Shown here: piece by piece, positions 39,121-56,311 of the stretch
Layout of the letters: each line of letters starts with the position of its first letter
Numbering within the stretch: position 1 is the first letter of the stretch
NCBI RefSeq assembly: GCF_988243305.1
Contig: NZ_OZ547136.1
Direction: 5' to 3' (one strand)
DNA: 64,000 nucleotides
Translations under genes and position numbers: made by a program
Notes under the pieces: generated by a model
What the model saw: the letters and a program-made list of their open reading frames with translations, nothing else
Told to the model about the DNA's origin: nothing
The model's database searches: none

Positions 39121-39143
39121 TTACTAGTAATGGAAATATATTA

Positions 39144-39698
39144 ATGAACGAGTTTTCTATCCTCTGTCGTGTGCTGGGTTCGCTCTATTACCGCCAACCA
39201 CAAGATCCTTTACTGGTGCCGCTGTTTACCCTGATTCGTGAGGGGAAACTGGCTGCGAACTGGCCACTGGAGCAGGATGAGTTGCTGACACGTTTGCAGA
39301 AAAGCTGTGATATGACGCAAGTCTCTGCCGATTACAATGCGTTGTTTATCGGCGATGAATGTGCTGTGCCGCCATATCGTAGCGCATGGGTTGAGGGCGC
39401 GACGGAAGCGGAAGTGCGCGCTTTTCTTTCCGAACGGGGGATGCCATTAGCGGATACGCCAGCCGATCACATCGGCACATTGCTGCTCGCGGCTTCCTGG
39501 CTGGAAGATCAGTCAACGGAAGATGAGAGCGAAGCACTGGAAACACTGTTCAGTGAGTATCTGTTACCCTGGTGTGGTGCGTTCCTTGGTAAAGTGGAGG
39601 CCCATGCAACTACGCCTTTCTGGCGCACCATGGCACCGCTAACCCGCGATGCCATTAGTGCAATGTGGGACGAGCTGGAAGAAGATTCTGAAGAGTAA
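39144..39698 (+). CDS. ycdY: Chaperone YcdY (TorD-like)
   Basis: 184 aa, conserved position after ycdX. Confidence 0.9.
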   Translation: MNEFSILCRVLGSLYYRQPQDPLLVPLFTLIREGKLAANWPLEQDELLTRLQKSCDMTQVSADYNALFIGDECAVPPYRSAWVEGATEAEVRAFLSERGMPLADTPADHIGTLLLAASWLEDQSTEDESEALETLFSEYLLPWCGAFLGKVEAHATTPFWRTMAPLTRDAISAMWDELEEDSEE

Positions 39699-39799
39699 AT
39701 GTGATCTACGTCACTCATAACTGCAACAGATAATTTGTTGTTGCATAAAATGTGTGCTCGATCTCATTCATGGCCGCGTTTTCTGCTATCATGCGCGGC

Positions 39800-40291
39800 A
39801 TGAACATACTTCTCTCTATTGCAATCACAACAGGCATTCTCTCCGGTATCTGGGGATGGGTGGCTGTTTCCCTGGGCTTACTAAGCTGGGCGGGCTTCCT
39901 GGGCTGTACGGCCTACTTTGCCTGCCCGCAAGGTGGGCTGAAAGGGCTGGCGATCTCCGCTGCAACCCTGCTTAGTGGCGTGGTGTGGGCGATGGTCATT
40001 ATTTACGGTAGTGCACTGGCACCACATCTGGAAATTCTCGGTTATGTCATAACCGGTATTGTCGCGTTTCTGATGTGTATTCAGGCCAAACAGCTGCTGC
40101 TTTCATTTGTTCCGGGAACGTTTATAGGCGCATGCGCGACGTTTGCCGGGCAGGGTGACTGGAAACTGGTGTTACCTTCGCTGGGGCTCGGGTTGATATT
40201 TGGTTACGCAATGAAAAACAGCGGCCTGTGGCTGGCGGCGCGTAGTACGAAGACCGCTCACCGTGAGCAGCAAATCAAAAATAAAGCGTGA
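39800..40291 (+). CDS. ycdZ: Inner-membrane protein YcdZ (DUF1097)
   Basis: 163 aa from MNILLSIAITTGILSG; hydrophobic. Confidence 0.9.
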   Translation: MNILLSIAITTGILSGIWGWVAVSLGLLSWAGFLGCTAYFACPQGGLKGLAISAATLLSGVVWAMVIIYGSALAPHLEILGYVITGIVAFLMCIQAKQLLLSFVPGTFIGACATFAGQGDWKLVLPSLGLGLIFGYAMKNSGLWLAARSTKTAHREQQIKNKA

Positions 40292-40320
40292 GGGGCACTC
40301 ACGCTTTCGCTTAAACAGTA

Positions 40321-40352
40321 AAATGCCGGATTATTAATTCCGGCATTTTTAT
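40321..40352. terminator. Bidirectional hairpin terminator between ycdZ and csgG
   Basis: atgccggattattaattccggcat followed by a T-run. Confidence 0.6.
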
Positions 40353-40355
40353 CTA

Positions 40356-41189
40356 TCAGGATTCCGGTGGAACCGACATATGGCGGTATTTCACTAGAAT
40401 GTCATTCTGCCGTTCTGCTTTATTTTGCAAATCCCAAAGACCGCGGTCGATACCATCATTAATCAGGAAAATGACGCCTGTTTCGATAGCCGACATTAGG
40501 CACAGCATAACGGGTTCGTTCGAGGTGTAACCTACTTCCCCTTCCAGCAAGCGCTGGTAGTCAATAAAGCGGAAAACCCCGGCCTGAACTTCATAGGAAA
40601 GTATCGTCTTACTAGTGTTCACCGAGGAGAGGATCTCGCCGGTACTCACATTGACGACGCGCAGGTTCACGGCAATCTGATCAAGCTGGTATTGCGTGTC
40701 GGCACCGATCCCAAAATATCTTGCCCCAACCCCGCCCGATTTGACGTTGCTTTCATAACCGATAATTGAACCTTCAACCATGATATTTGCCGCCGTTAAA
40801 GACTGCAGCGGGATTCGGTTATTAATGGCAACCGTACCGTTTTCTTGTGCCGCACGAATAATCTTGCGCTCGTTAAGCAGGTTTTGTAAGCCCTGGCGCT
40901 CCAGCGGTATAAACCAGCGAGAATCTTTCAATGCCGTGACCAGCATTGCCGTGGCGCTTTGCGGAACAGCAGTGGAGAAGTTACTTGCCGGGTAGGGTTT
41001 AAATTGCCCGGTTTCGTCCTGAATGTTGTATACCGAAACAAAGATCTTACCCGTCGGCGCTGGCAGATGGGTCAAATCTTTGTAGCTCTGAGCACGAGGC
41101 ATTAATGTCGGTCTGGCGGCTTCTTTAGGCGGGGCGGTTAAGCATCCGCTCAGTAACATGACGGCAACCAAAAGAAATAAGCGCTGCAT
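40356..41189 (-). CDS. csgG: Curli secretion channel lipoprotein CsgG
   Basis: 277 aa, lipobox LLSGC. Confidence 0.95.
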   Translation of the reverse strand: MQRLFLLVAVMLLSGCLTAPPKEAARPTLMPRAQSYKDLTHLPAPTGKIFVSVYNIQDETGQFKPYPASNFSTAVPQSATAMLVTALKDSRWFIPLERQGLQNLLNERKIIRAAQENGTVAINNRIPLQSLTAANIMVEGSIIGYESNVKSGGVGARYFGIGADTQYQLDQIAVNLRVVNVSTGEILSSVNTSKTILSYEVQAGVFRFIDYQRLLEGEVGYTSNEPVMLCLMSAIETGVIFLINDGIDRGLWDLQNKAERQNDILVKYRHMSVPPES

Positions 41190-41215
41190 GATTATTTTCC
41201 TTACGAAGCTGGGGC

Positions 41216-41632
41216 TTAAAAATCGGTTGAGTTATTTTGTAAACCCGAAACCTGGATGGTCGAGGTTTGTCCGGTTTTACGATCTGTCACGTTCAACTGC
41301 AATTGACCATCGCGGTTAGCAATATCAACAATATAATCGTTGGTCACCATGCGGCCCGGTTTACCGGTATTAATATTCGACAGTAGCCCACCTAAAATTT
41401 GTGACTGGATGGCCTGAGTAAAGTTATCTAACGCTGAGGGTGTTTCAATACCATAGTCATCGTTATAGCTCGGATCTTTATACGAGTTTTGGGCCTGGGC
41501 GCTATTTAATAAAAAAGCGCCATTATTTGGGTTACCACCAAAGTTTGGATTACGGAACTGAAAAGTCATTGTTCCAGCCCAACTTAATGGCGAAATAAGC
41601 ATGAGTAGAACTACTGCATGTTTGACACGCAT
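41216..41632 (-). CDS. csgF: Curli assembly component CsgF
   Basis: 138 aa. Confidence 0.95.
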   Translation of the reverse strand: MRVKHAVVLLMLISPLSWAGTMTFQFRNPNFGGNPNNGAFLLNSAQAQNSYKDPSYNDDYGIETPSALDNFTQAIQSQILGGLLSNINTGKPGRMVTNDYIVDIANRDGQLQLNVTDRKTGQTSTIQVSGLQNNSTDF

Positions 41633-41656
41633 TGCAGCCTCCGAACAATTTTTTAT

Positions 41657-42046
41657 TTAGAATTCATCATGCGCCAAATCGCCCGTACTTAATAACGCCT
41701 GATTTATCTGGCGACGATTTAGTGCTTCTTCAGTTTGAATCAGTGCAAAGACGACAGTTTTTTCGAAGTCTCTTTTCAACGGGAATAAAAAAGTCTGGAA
41801 AATAACGTCCTGATTGACCGTTATAGTGATCCAGCTTCCCCATCGTGCACTGGGCCTTTCATTAATCGTTAAGTTACCCGTATAGTCACTTTCCCATTTA
41901 TCACTAAAGGCTCGGTAAAAATCATGGCCAATAGATGAAACAGTATGGTCAGTTAACAATCCCGGGACTTCTACCTCAACGGCGTGAAGATTCCCTGCGG
42001 CGAACAGAAATTCTGCCGCCACAATCCAGCGTAAATAACGTTTCAT
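41657..42046 (-). CDS. csgE: Curli secretion specificity factor CsgE
   Basis: 129 aa. Confidence 0.95.
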
Positions 42047-42050
42047 GGCT

Positions 42051-42701
<651 letters not shown>

Positions 42702-43455
42702 GATGAAACCCCGCTTTTTTTATTGATCGCACACCTGACAGCTGCCTCTAAAATAGAAGCACCAGAAGTACTGACAGATGTTGCACTGCTGTGTGTAGTA
42801 ATAAATCAGCCCTAAATGGGTAAAATATAAAACTAATGGATTACATGTGATTTCAATCTAGCCATTACAAATCTTAAATCAAGTGTTAAACATGTAACTA
42901 AATGTAACTCGTTATATTAAAATGTTAATCTTAAGGTTTTGTTAAGTTTAGAAATGATAGAAAAGTTGTACATTTGGTTTTTATTGCACAATTTTAAAAA
43001 ATCATACAAATGGTGCTAACTTACTAATAATGCATATAAAAAATATTTCGGTGTAGTCCTTTCGTCATGTAAAACGTTGTTGTTTTTTCTTCACACCTCC
43101 GTGGACAATTTTTTACTGCAAAAAGACGAGGTTTGTCACGGCTTGTGCGCAAGACATATCGCAGCAATCAGCGACGGGCAAGAAGAATGGCTGTCTGGTG
43201 ATTTTTGATTGCGGAAAACGGAGATTTAAAAGAAAACAAAATATTTTTTTGCGTAGATAACAGCGTATTTACGTGGGTTTTAATACTTTGGTATGAACAA
43301 AAAAAGAAAAATACAACGCGCGGGTGAGTTATTAAAAATATTTCCGCAGACATACTTTCCATCGTAACGCAGCGTTAACAAAATACAGGTTGCGTTAACA
43401 ACCAAGTTGAAATGATTTAATTTCTTAAATGTACGACCAGGTCCAGGGTGACAAC
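42702..43455. promoter_or_regulatory. csgD-csgB divergent intergenic control region (AT-rich; csgDEFG and csgBAC promoters)
   Basis: 754-bp AT-rich non-coding region between divergent csgD and csgB; regulator sites not individually mapped here. Confidence 0.8.
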
Positions 43456-43911
43456 ATGAAAAACAAATTGTTATTTATGATGTTAACAATACTGGGTGCG
43501 CCTGGGATTGCAGCCGCAGCAGGTTATGATTTAGCTAATTCAGAATATAACTTCGCGGTAAATGAATTGAGTAAGTCTTCATTTAATCAGGCAGCCATAA
43601 TTGGTCAAGCTGGGACTAATAATAGTGCTCAGTTACGGCAGGGAGGCTCAAAACTTTTGGCGGTTGTTGCGCAAGAAGGTAGTAGCAATCGGGCAAAGAT
43701 TGACCAGACAGGAGATTATAACCTTGCATATATTGATCAGGCGGGCAGTGCCAACGATGCCAGTATTTCGCAAGGTGCTTATGGTAATACTGCGATGATT
43801 ATCCAGAAAGGTTCTGGTAATAAAGCAAATATTACACAGTATGGTACTCAAAAAACGGCAATTGTAGTGCAGAGACAGTCGCAAATGGCAATTCGCGTGA
43901 CACAACGTTAA
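43456..43911 (+). CDS. csgB: Minor curlin nucleator CsgB
   Basis: 151 aa from MKNKLLFMMLTILGAPGIAAA; curlin repeats. Confidence 0.95.
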   Translation: MKNKLLFMMLTILGAPGIAAAAGYDLANSEYNFAVNELSKSSFNQAAIIGQAGTNNSAQLRQGGSKLLAVVAQEGSSNRAKIDQTGDYNLAYIDQAGSANDASISQGAYGNTAMIIQKGSGNKANITQYGTQKTAIVVQRQSQMAIRVTQR

Positions 43912-43951
43912 TTACTATTCGACTTTTAAATCAATCCGATGGGGGTTTTAC

Positions 43952-44407
43952 ATGAAACTTTTAAAAGTAGCAGCAATTGCAGCAATCGTATTCTCCGGTA
44001 GCGCTCTGGCAGGTGTTGTTCCTCAGTACGGCGGCGGCGGTAACCACGGTGGTGGCGGTAATAATAGCGGCCCAAATTCAGAGCTGAACATTTACCAGTA
44101 CGGTGGCGGTAACTCTGCTCTTGCTCTGCAAGCTGACGCCCGTAACTCTGATCTGACCATTACCCAGCACGGCGGCGGTAACGGCGCAGATGTTGGCCAA
44201 GGTTCTGATGACAGCTCAATCGATCTGACTCAGCGTGGCTTCGGTAACAGCGCTACTCTTGATCAGTGGAATGGTAAAGATTCTACTATGACTGTTAAAC
44301 AGTTCGGTGGCGGTAACGGTGCTGCTGTTGACCAGACTGCATCTAACTCCAGCGTTAACGTCACTCAGGTTGGCTTTGGTAACAACGCGACCGCTCATCA
44401 GTACTAA
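43952..44407 (+). CDS. csgA: Major curlin subunit CsgA
   Basis: 151 aa; Gly/Asn/Gln-rich curlin repeats. Confidence 0.95.
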   Translation: MKLLKVAAIAAIVFSGSALAGVVPQYGGGGNHGGGGNNSGPNSELNIYQYGGGNSALALQADARNSDLTITQHGGGNGADVGQGSDDSSIDLTQRGFGNSATLDQWNGKDSTMTVKQFGGGNGAAVDQTASNSSVNVTQVGFGNNATAHQY

Positions 44408-44428
44408 TACATCCTCTGTATTAAAGAA

Positions 44429-44453
44429 ACAGGGCGCAAGCCCTGTTTTTTTT
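44429..44453 (+). terminator. Rho-independent terminator after csgA
   Basis: acagggcgcaagccctgt followed by tttttttt. Confidence 0.7.
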
Positions 44454-44465
44454 CGGGAGAAGAAT

Positions 44466-44849
<384 letters not shown>

Positions 44850-44850
44850 G

Positions 44851-45230
<380 letters not shown>

Positions 45231-45324
45231 GTTTCTGAACAACTCACCTTGCTGAGCAGAAAAATGCGATTTAACCAAAAAGCCTGCTGTACACTTAAGA
45301 AACAAGAAGGTGTAAGGAGGCGTT

Positions 45325-45858
45325 ATGAAAACGCGTATTCATGTTGTGCAGGGTGATATTACCAAACTGGCCGTTGATGTGATTGTGAATGCGGCTAATC
45401 CGTCATTAATGGGAGGCGGCGGCGTCGATGGGGCCATTCATCGCGCAGCGGGTCCGGCGCTGCTGGATGCCTGTTTAAAAGTCAGGCAACAGCAGGGCGA
45501 TTGCCCTACGGGGCATGCCGTTATTACGCTTGCAGGCGATCTTCCCGCGAAAGCCGTAGTGCACACCGTCGGGCCAGTCTGGCGTGGTGGTGAACAAAAC
45601 GAAGACCAGCTTTTGCAGGATGCCTATCTCAATAGCCTACGACTGGTGGCGGCAAACAGCTATACGTCAGTGGCTTTTCCTGCAATTAGTACTGGGGTTT
45701 ATGGTTACCCTCGTGCGGCAGCGGCTGAAATCGCAGTAAAAACCGTTTCAGAATTTATTACCCGTCACGCTTTACCCGAACAGGTATACTTTGTCTGTTA
45801 TGATGAAGAAAACACCCACCTCTACGAAAGACTCCTTACCCAACAAGGAGATGAATGA
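45325..45858 (+). CDS. ymdB: Macrodomain O-acetyl-ADP-ribose deacetylase YmdB
   Basis: 177 aa, macrodomain motifs [22 protein letters not shown]. Confidence 0.95.
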   Translation: MKTRIHVVQGDITKLAVDVIVNAANPSLMGGGGVDGAIHRAAGPALLDACLKVRQQQGDCPTGHAVITLAGDLPAKAVVHTVGPVWRGGEQNEDQLLQDAYLNSLRLVAANSYTSVAFPAISTGVYGYPRAAAAEIAVKTVSEFITRHALPEQVYFVCYDEENTHLYERLLTQQGDE

Positions 45859-45859
45859 T

Positions 45860-47281
45860 TTGCCCCGGCTGGCGAGCGCGGTGCTGCCACTGTGTTCGCA
45901 ACATCCCGGTCAGTGTGGCCTTTTCCCTCTGGAGAAAAGTCTGGATGCGTTTGCCGCCCGGTATCGTCTGGCCGAAATGGCAGAGCATACGCTGGATGTT
46001 CAGTATTACATCTGGCAGGACGATATGTCGGGTCGGTTACTGTTTTCCGCCCTGTTAGCCGCAGCAAAGCGTGGCGTTCGCGTCCGTTTGTTGCTGGACG
46101 ACAACAATACACCCGGACTTGACGACATTTTACGCTTGCTTGACAGTCATCCCCGCATTGAAGTCCGGCTTTTTAATCCTTTCTCGTTTCGCTTGCTACG
46201 TCCGCTTGGTTATATCACCGACTTTTCCCGTCTCAATCGCCGTATGCACAATAAAAGTTTCACTGTTGATGGCGTGGTGACGCTGGTAGGGGGGCGAAAT
46301 ATTGGTGATGCCTATTTTGGTGCAGGGGAAGAGCCACTTTTTTCGGATTTAGATGTCATGGCAATAGGACCAGTTGTAGAGGACGTTGCCGATGATTTCG
46401 CCCGCTACTGGTATTGCAAATCGGTTTCACCCCTACAGCAGGTGCTGGATGTCCCGGAAGGTGAAATGGCGGATCGCATCGAGTTACCCGCCTCCTGGCA
46501 CAACGATGCCATGACGCATCGTTATTTACGCAAAATGGAATCCAGCCCGTTTATAAATCATCTGGTTGATGGAACGTTGCCGCTTATCTGGGCGAAAACA
46601 CGTTTATTAAGTGATGATCCGGCGAAAGGGGAAGGCAAGGCAAAACGGCATTCACTGTTACCGCAGCGCCTGTTCGATATCATGGGCTCACCCAGTGAAC
46701 GCATCGATATTATCTCTTCCTATTTTGTACCGACACGCGCAGGTGTGGCGCAACTCTTACGGATGGTGAGAAAAGGGGTAAAGATTGCGATCCTAACCAA
46801 TTCTCTTGCCGCTAACGATGTTGCTGTCGTCCATGCCGGATACGCGCGCTGGCGCAAAAAATTGCTCCGCTACGGCGTGGAATTATATGAACTCAAGCCG
46901 ACGCGTGAACAAAGTAGTACGTTACACGATCGCGGCATAACCGGTAATTCCGGTGCCAGCCTGCATGCTAAAACCTTTAGCATCGATGGTAAAACGGTGT
47001 TTATCGGCTCTTTCAATTTCGATCCGCGTTCGACATTGCTCAATACTGAAATGGGGTTCGTGATAGAGAGCGAAACGCTGGCACAGTTAATTGATAAACG
47101 CTTTATTCAGAGCCAGTATGATGCGGCCTGGCAGCTCCGTCTGGACAGGTGGGGACGGATCAACTGGGTTGATCGTCATGCAAAGAAAGAAATTGTTCTC
47201 AAAAAAGAACCCGCCACCAGTTTCTGGAAGCGGGTTATGGTCAGACTGGCATCGATATTGCCCGTGGAATGGTTATTGTAA
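45860..47281 (+). CDS. clsC: Cardiolipin synthase C (PLD family)
   Basis: Two HKD motifs (HNKSFTVDG, HAKTFSIDG); start placed at TTG 45860 (473 aa) by Shine-Dalgarno spacing; ATG 45851 is the alternative. Confidence 0.85.
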   Translation: MPRLASAVLPLCSQHPGQCGLFPLEKSLDAFAARYRLAEMAEHTLDVQYYIWQDDMSGRLLFSALLAAAKRGVRVRLLLDDNNTPGLDDILRLLDSHPRIEVRLFNPFSFRLLRPLGYITDFSRLNRRMHNKSFTVDGVVTLVGGRNIGDAYFGAGEEPLFSDLDVMAIGPVVEDVADDFARYWYCKSVSPLQQVLDVPEGEMADRIELPASWHNDAMTHRYLRKMESSPFINHLVDGTLPLIWAKTRLLSDDPAKGEGKAKRHSLLPQRLFDIMGSPSERIDIISSYFVPTRAGVAQLLRMVRKGVKIAILTNSLAANDVAVVHAGYARWRKKLLRYGVELYELKPTREQSSTLHDRGITGNSGASLHAKTFSIDGKTVFIGSFNFDPRSTLLNTEMGFVIESETLAQLIDKRFIQSQYDAAWQLRLDRWGRINWVDRHAKKEIVLKKEPATSFWKRVMVRLASILPVEWLL

Positions 47282-47288
47282 ACGCGGC

Positions 47289-48446
47289 TTAACGGGCTGG
47301 TGCTTTATCGTTCTCACGCTTAACAACCGGTTTACCAGAGAACAAAAACTTCAGTAACGGGATGCGTAAATGAATTTCATACAGAATTATCGCAATCCCT
47401 ACTACGAATATCAGGCCACAGAGAAAACCAAGCCAGTTGGAGGTGATGTGCGGTGTAATGTATGCGCCGAAAAACAGCGTTAACGGATGGTGAACCAGAT
47501 AGATAAACAGCGATGCGTTAACAAAATAAGTCACCCGCGCTGACTGGAAGTTAAGCAAACGGTGGCCAAAGGAGAAGACCACATTCACCATCCACAGACC
47601 GAGGACCATGGTGATCACCGACTCGGTTTCGTACATCCAGGCATCGCCACTGCCATAGCGCTGGTTGAGTAAGTAAGCGACAAATGCCAATGCTGCTGCG
47701 AGGGTACAGCCACGAGACGGCGTGGTAAACAAGGCTTTAAGATGAGGGAAAATGAAAGCCAGTGCGCCGAGGATAAAAAACGGCAAATAAAATAGCGTTT
47801 GCATGACAATAAAATTGAACATGCCGTTACTCAGAATGGGCGGATACACAATAAAAATCGTTCTTCTTATTACCGCATAGCTGATGCCGAGGCACAAAAA
47901 AATCACCGATAGTTTTACCATCGAGAATTTTTTATTCGTTTTATCAGAATTTTCTAAATTATTTCTGATGCGCTTGAATATCCAGACGCACAGCGTCGTC
48001 ATGACCACTAACACCAATAAAAACCACAGGTGCGATATTAATTCCCAGGCCAACGTATTATATTTGTCATACAATGACAGTCCAGGCCAACTTTCCGCTT
48101 TCCCTTTGACGTATTGCAGCATAATAAATTGCGGCAATGTCAGTAGGGGGATGGCTGTTAACATCGGGATCCCTACACGTTCGACACGTACTTTCCACCA
48201 TTTTTTCAAGGGATAGCGTAAAAAAAGCATGTAGGAAAAGTACCCGGATATAACGAAAAATACCTGCATGCGGAACGAGTGGATGAAGTCATTAAAAAGG
48301 GTCAGCCATAATGACGGTTCGGCGCTATTCACATGCCATGTATGGCTCGAATAGATTAAAGAAATATGAAAAGGGATCCCTAACAACATCAGCCAGGCGC
48401 GGATGGAGTCGAGGAAATATTCACGTTGCGCGGGTACTGGATTCAT
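47289..48446 (-). CDS. opgC: OPG succinyltransferase OpgC (membrane acyltransferase)
   Basis: 385 aa polytopic membrane protein. Confidence 0.9.
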   Translation of the reverse strand: MNPVPAQREYFLDSIRAWLMLLGIPFHISLIYSSHTWHVNSAEPSLWLTLFNDFIHSFRMQVFFVISGYFSYMLFLRYPLKKWWKVRVERVGIPMLTAIPLLTLPQFIMLQYVKGKAESWPGLSLYDKYNTLAWELISHLWFLLVLVVMTTLCVWIFKRIRNNLENSDKTNKKFSMVKLSVIFLCLGISYAVIRRTIFIVYPPILSNGMFNFIVMQTLFYLPFFILGALAFIFPHLKALFTTPSRGCTLAAALAFVAYLLNQRYGSGDAWMYETESVITMVLGLWMVNVVFSFGHRLLNFQSARVTYFVNASLFIYLVHHPLTLFFGAYITPHITSNWLGFLCGLIFVVGIAIILYEIHLRIPLLKFLFSGKPVVKRENDKAPAR

Positions 48447-48728
48447 ATATGGTTAACTAATCTCGGATTTTTCGTCTTATCCCTGTCGGGTTATGCCTTT
48501 AGGCTTGTTGCCATAGCGACACCGACCTGACCGCGCCAGGCGCAGGCTTCAAGGTTTTTATGCATAGCATCATCGCTACCACTAACCAGAATGGAAGCGT
48601 CTGTAAGACGGTTGATAAATAAATTTGCTGGCAAACCCTACACGAAGTCGATGCTTCTGTCTTTAGGAGAAGCACGGAAAGTGAAAACGGTTGCAATCAG
48701 GTGCTTAATCCATGAGCCAGCGTGCTGA

Positions 48729-52911
<4,183 letters not shown>

Positions 52912-52920
52912 AAACGTAGT

Positions 52921-53018
52921 TGCCTGATGCGCTACGCTTATCAGGCCTACATCGCTCCTGCAATGTGTTGATTTTGCAAGATTTTGTAGGTCGGATAAGG
53001 CGTTCACGCCACATCTGG
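52921..53018. repeat. Two REP (repetitive extragenic palindromic) units downstream of opgH
   Basis: gcctgatgcgctacgcttatcaggcctac and tgtaggtcggataaggcgttcacgccacatctggc, typical REP consensus. Confidence 0.75.
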
Positions 53019-53037
53019 CAAAAACAACGAGCCAATA

Positions 53038-53068
53038 AAAATACCGGCGTTATGCCGGTATTTTTTTA
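53038..53068 (+). terminator. Rho-independent terminator after opgH
   Basis: ataccggcgttatgccggtat followed by ttttttt. Confidence 0.7.
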
Positions 53069-53083
53069 CGGAAGAGGTATCAA

Positions 53084-53311
53084 ATGCGTTTAATTGTGGT
53101 GAGCATCATGGTGACCTTGCTGAGTGGCTGTGGCAGCATCATTAGCCGCACTATACCGGGGCAGGGGCATGGCAACCAATATTATCCCGGTGTGCAATGG
53201 GATGTGCGTGACTCCGCCTGGCGTTATGTCACAATCCTTGATCTGCCATTCTCCCTGGTTTTTGATACTTTACTGCTGCCGATCGACATTCATCATGGCC
53301 CGTATGAGTAA
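53084..53311 (+). CDS. yceK: Lipoprotein YceK
   Basis: 75 aa, lipobox LLSGC. Confidence 0.9.
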   Translation: MRLIVVSIMVTLLSGCGSIISRTIPGQGHGNQYYPGVQWDVRDSAWRYVTILDLPFSLVFDTLLLPIDIHHGPYE

Positions 53312-53686
53312 TTAACGTTCATCCCACTCATCAGCTGCTGCGCGTCCTTCCTCGGTATCCAGCGGTGGCTCAAGCTGAAATTCCCCCTCGCCCCATTCAT
53401 GTAATGTATTCTCTTCCTGCCACTCCTGGCGGATCTCTATCTCATCATAGTCGCCATCAAAGACACTTTGCGCGGCTTCACCGCTAAGCATAGGTAAACA
53501 TTCACCTTCTTCCCCTTCGTCGGCAAAAAACTCAACTTGCCACATGATGTCGCCGTCCTGCAAAACGTATTTTTGGGCATTGAACTGTTGCACATTCGCA
53601 TCTTCGGCGTCGATGCCGGGGTTGTCTGCAAGAAATTCTTCGCGTGCAGCGTCAATGGCTTCTTCAAGCGTTGCGTACATGGTCAT
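53312..53686 (-). CDS. msyB: Acidic protein MsyB
   Basis: 124 aa from MTMYATLEEAIDAAREEF; highly acidic. Confidence 0.9.
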   Translation of the reverse strand: MTMYATLEEAIDAAREEFLADNPGIDAEDANVQQFNAQKYVLQDGDIMWQVEFFADEGEEGECLPMLSGEAAQSVFDGDYDEIEIRQEWQEENTLHEWGEGEFQLEPPLDTEEGRAAADEWDER

Positions 53687-53768
53687 CACGATTCTCCCTT
53701 TGAGTTGATGAGGTTTCAGGGAAAAGGATAGCTGATTCTCCGCTTTTACAAGTATGAAAGGCGAAAAA

Positions 53769-54995
53769 TCAGTTCGATACCTGGGGTATTCGACGACGAC
53801 GTAGACTGTTCCATGAATAGACTGCGTTGAATAACACTACGCCAGCGGTGACGAGAAATACCGCTCTGAAACCGTAGTTCGCTGAAATCGCGGCTCCCAT
53901 CAATGGTCCGGTAACGTTTCCAATATCACGAAACGACTGGTTATAGCTGAAGATACGCCCGGCGATTTGGTTGCTCGAGTTGTAAACCAACAGTGTCTGT
54001 ACGGCGGGGAGTAGTGCACCATCGGCGGCACCGAGCAAAAAACGTAAAATCCCAAGTTGTAATGGCGTCTGAACGTAAGACATTGGGATCAACAGCAGTA
54101 CAGAAAAGATCAGCGCCGTAATCAGGATCTTTTCGGGTCCGATTCGATCGCCAAGTTTGCCGAGTCGTGGTGCACTTAGCAGAGCCGCCACGCCTGGCAC
54201 CGAGGCGATCATGCCACTGATAAAGGCGACGTTACTGACGTTACCCGCCAGTTCGCGGACATACAGCGTCAGAATGGGGGCAATTGAGCCCGTTGCCACC
54301 TGGATGATTAACGTAGTGACAAACAGGCTGAGTACCAGTTTCGGGTTTTTAAGTGATGTCACCACTTCACGCATGTGCAGCATCTCTTTTTTGCTGACCG
54401 GCTGGAATTTTTCTCTGATGCAAAACAGGGTGACGAAAAAGCAGAGTATGAGCACACTGGCGGTAATAAAGAATACCGGACGTAAGCCGTAGCTATCGGC
54501 GAGCAGGCCGCCAGCCATTGGGCCGAGCAACGCACCACTAACGCCGCCTGTGGAGAGCGTACCCAGCGCCCAGCCGCTTTTATTACGCGGTACTTGTGTG
54601 GCGATAAGAGCATTAGCGTTGGGGACAAATCCGCCAAGTAACCCAAGAAGCGCCCGTAGGATCAAAAACTGCCAGATATTTTGTGCCAGCCCCATCAACA
54701 CCATCACGATGCCCATGCCGAGGGCAGAGCGTAATAGCATGAGTTTGCGGCCTTTACGGTCGGCGAGTCCACCCCAAAACGGTGAGGCGATGGCAGAAAA
54801 TAAAAATGTAATGCTGAAGACAATACCGGACCACATATTCAAGGCGGAGTGGCCCGTAACGCCAAGCTGCTCAACGTAGAGGGGTAAGAAGGGCATTACC
54901 AGGCTGAAGGCGGCACCCGTAAGAAAACAGCCTAGCCAGGCGACGATCAGGTTTCGTTTCCAGTTTATAGGGGTGTCATTTTCACAGGGTGACAT
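53769..54995 (-). CDS. mdtG: MFS multidrug efflux transporter MdtG
   Basis: 408 aa, MFS-type. Confidence 0.9.
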
Positions 54996-55166
54996 AGCAA
55001 TCCGCTGTTGGTGCGCCAGGCGCGGTGAACATAAGAAGAAAAGATAAGCACACTAATTATGCGCCCGACTTCCAGGGGGCGCAATCCAGAGAGCTTTTAT
55101 CGCTAAATCAGGGGGATTTGCTGTGGTAATGCCGGATACCCTTCTGAAGCATCCGGCATGGGAGAT

Positions 55167-56087
55167 TTAATAGCGTGAAGGAACGCCTTCCGGGCGTGTT
55201 TTAAAGCGACGGTGTAACCACATATACTGCTCTGGTGCCATCATGATGCATTTTTCGACCACTTTGTTCATCCACGCGGCGGTGGTTTCGGCATCATCCA
55301 GCGGCGGAGAACACTCTGGCGGCAGCATAATCAACTGATACCCTTTGCCATCTGGCTTACGGCGTGGAACGAAGGGCACCAGACATGCGCCGGACATCCG
55401 TGCCAGCATCCAGGTTCCGGTCGTGGTCGCAGCCTGCTCAACGGCAAACAACGGGACGAAAACGCTTGAGCGCGGGCCGTAATCATGATCCGGTGCGTAC
55501 CAGACCACTTCGCCTTTTTTCAGGGCTTTAATCATGCCTTTTAAATCTTTGCGGTCGAGCATCGATTTATTTGAGCGCAAACGGCCCCAGGTTTGTAGCC
55601 AGTCAATCAGTGGATTATCGTTCGGGCGGTAAACGCCAATCCCCGGTTCCTGCATACCAAACTGCCGCGCACCAAGCTCCAGTGTCAGAAAATGGATGCC
55701 AACTAACAGGATGCCGCGTTTTTGCGCCTGCACGTCACGAATGTGTTCCATGCCGATCACTTCCGTCCAGCGGGCGATTCTGCGGTCCGGCCAGAACCAC
55801 GCCATGCCAGTTTCCATCAGTCCCATGCCAACGGATTCGAAATTCTTCACCACCATTTTACGGCGTTCTTGTTCGCTCATTTCCGGGAAGCACAGTTCCA
55901 GGTTGCGATGCACAATTTTTGCGCGTCGTTTCATAAAACGTAACGCCAGTTTTCCTAATCCACAACCGAGGCGGTAGATAACCGGGTAGGGCAATTGCAC
56001 GACTAACCAAAGTACGCCAATACCCAACCAGGTTAACCAATAACGCGGATGAAGCAGTGCGGTGGAGAACTTGGGTAGATTCGTCAT
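55167..56087 (-). CDS. lpxL: Lipid A biosynthesis lauroyltransferase LpxL (HtrB)
   Basis: 306 aa from [17 protein letters not shown]. Confidence 0.95.
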
Positions 56088-56311
56088 ATCAATCCTGTTT
56101 TTCAACCTATACGGGCAATTGTATGTATTGTCGCATTTTTTCGCCCGCAACCAAAATTTGTGGCTGAAGACTGGGCGAAATTGCCGCGCTTGTAAATAAC
56201 AAATAATTTTTAATGCGCAAATGTAGCGTAAAATGTGTGGATGTTAATTATCGATAATTGCTATATCATGCCGCGGATTTTTACTTTCCCATCTCGCAGG
56301 AACCGTACACC

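Noticed and set aside
45791-45859. Upstream start for clsC (496-aa ORF) overlapping the end of ymdB
   Set aside because: The extension overlaps the ymdB coding end; a TTG at 45860 with good Shine-Dalgarno spacing gives the expected 473-aa PLD-family protein.
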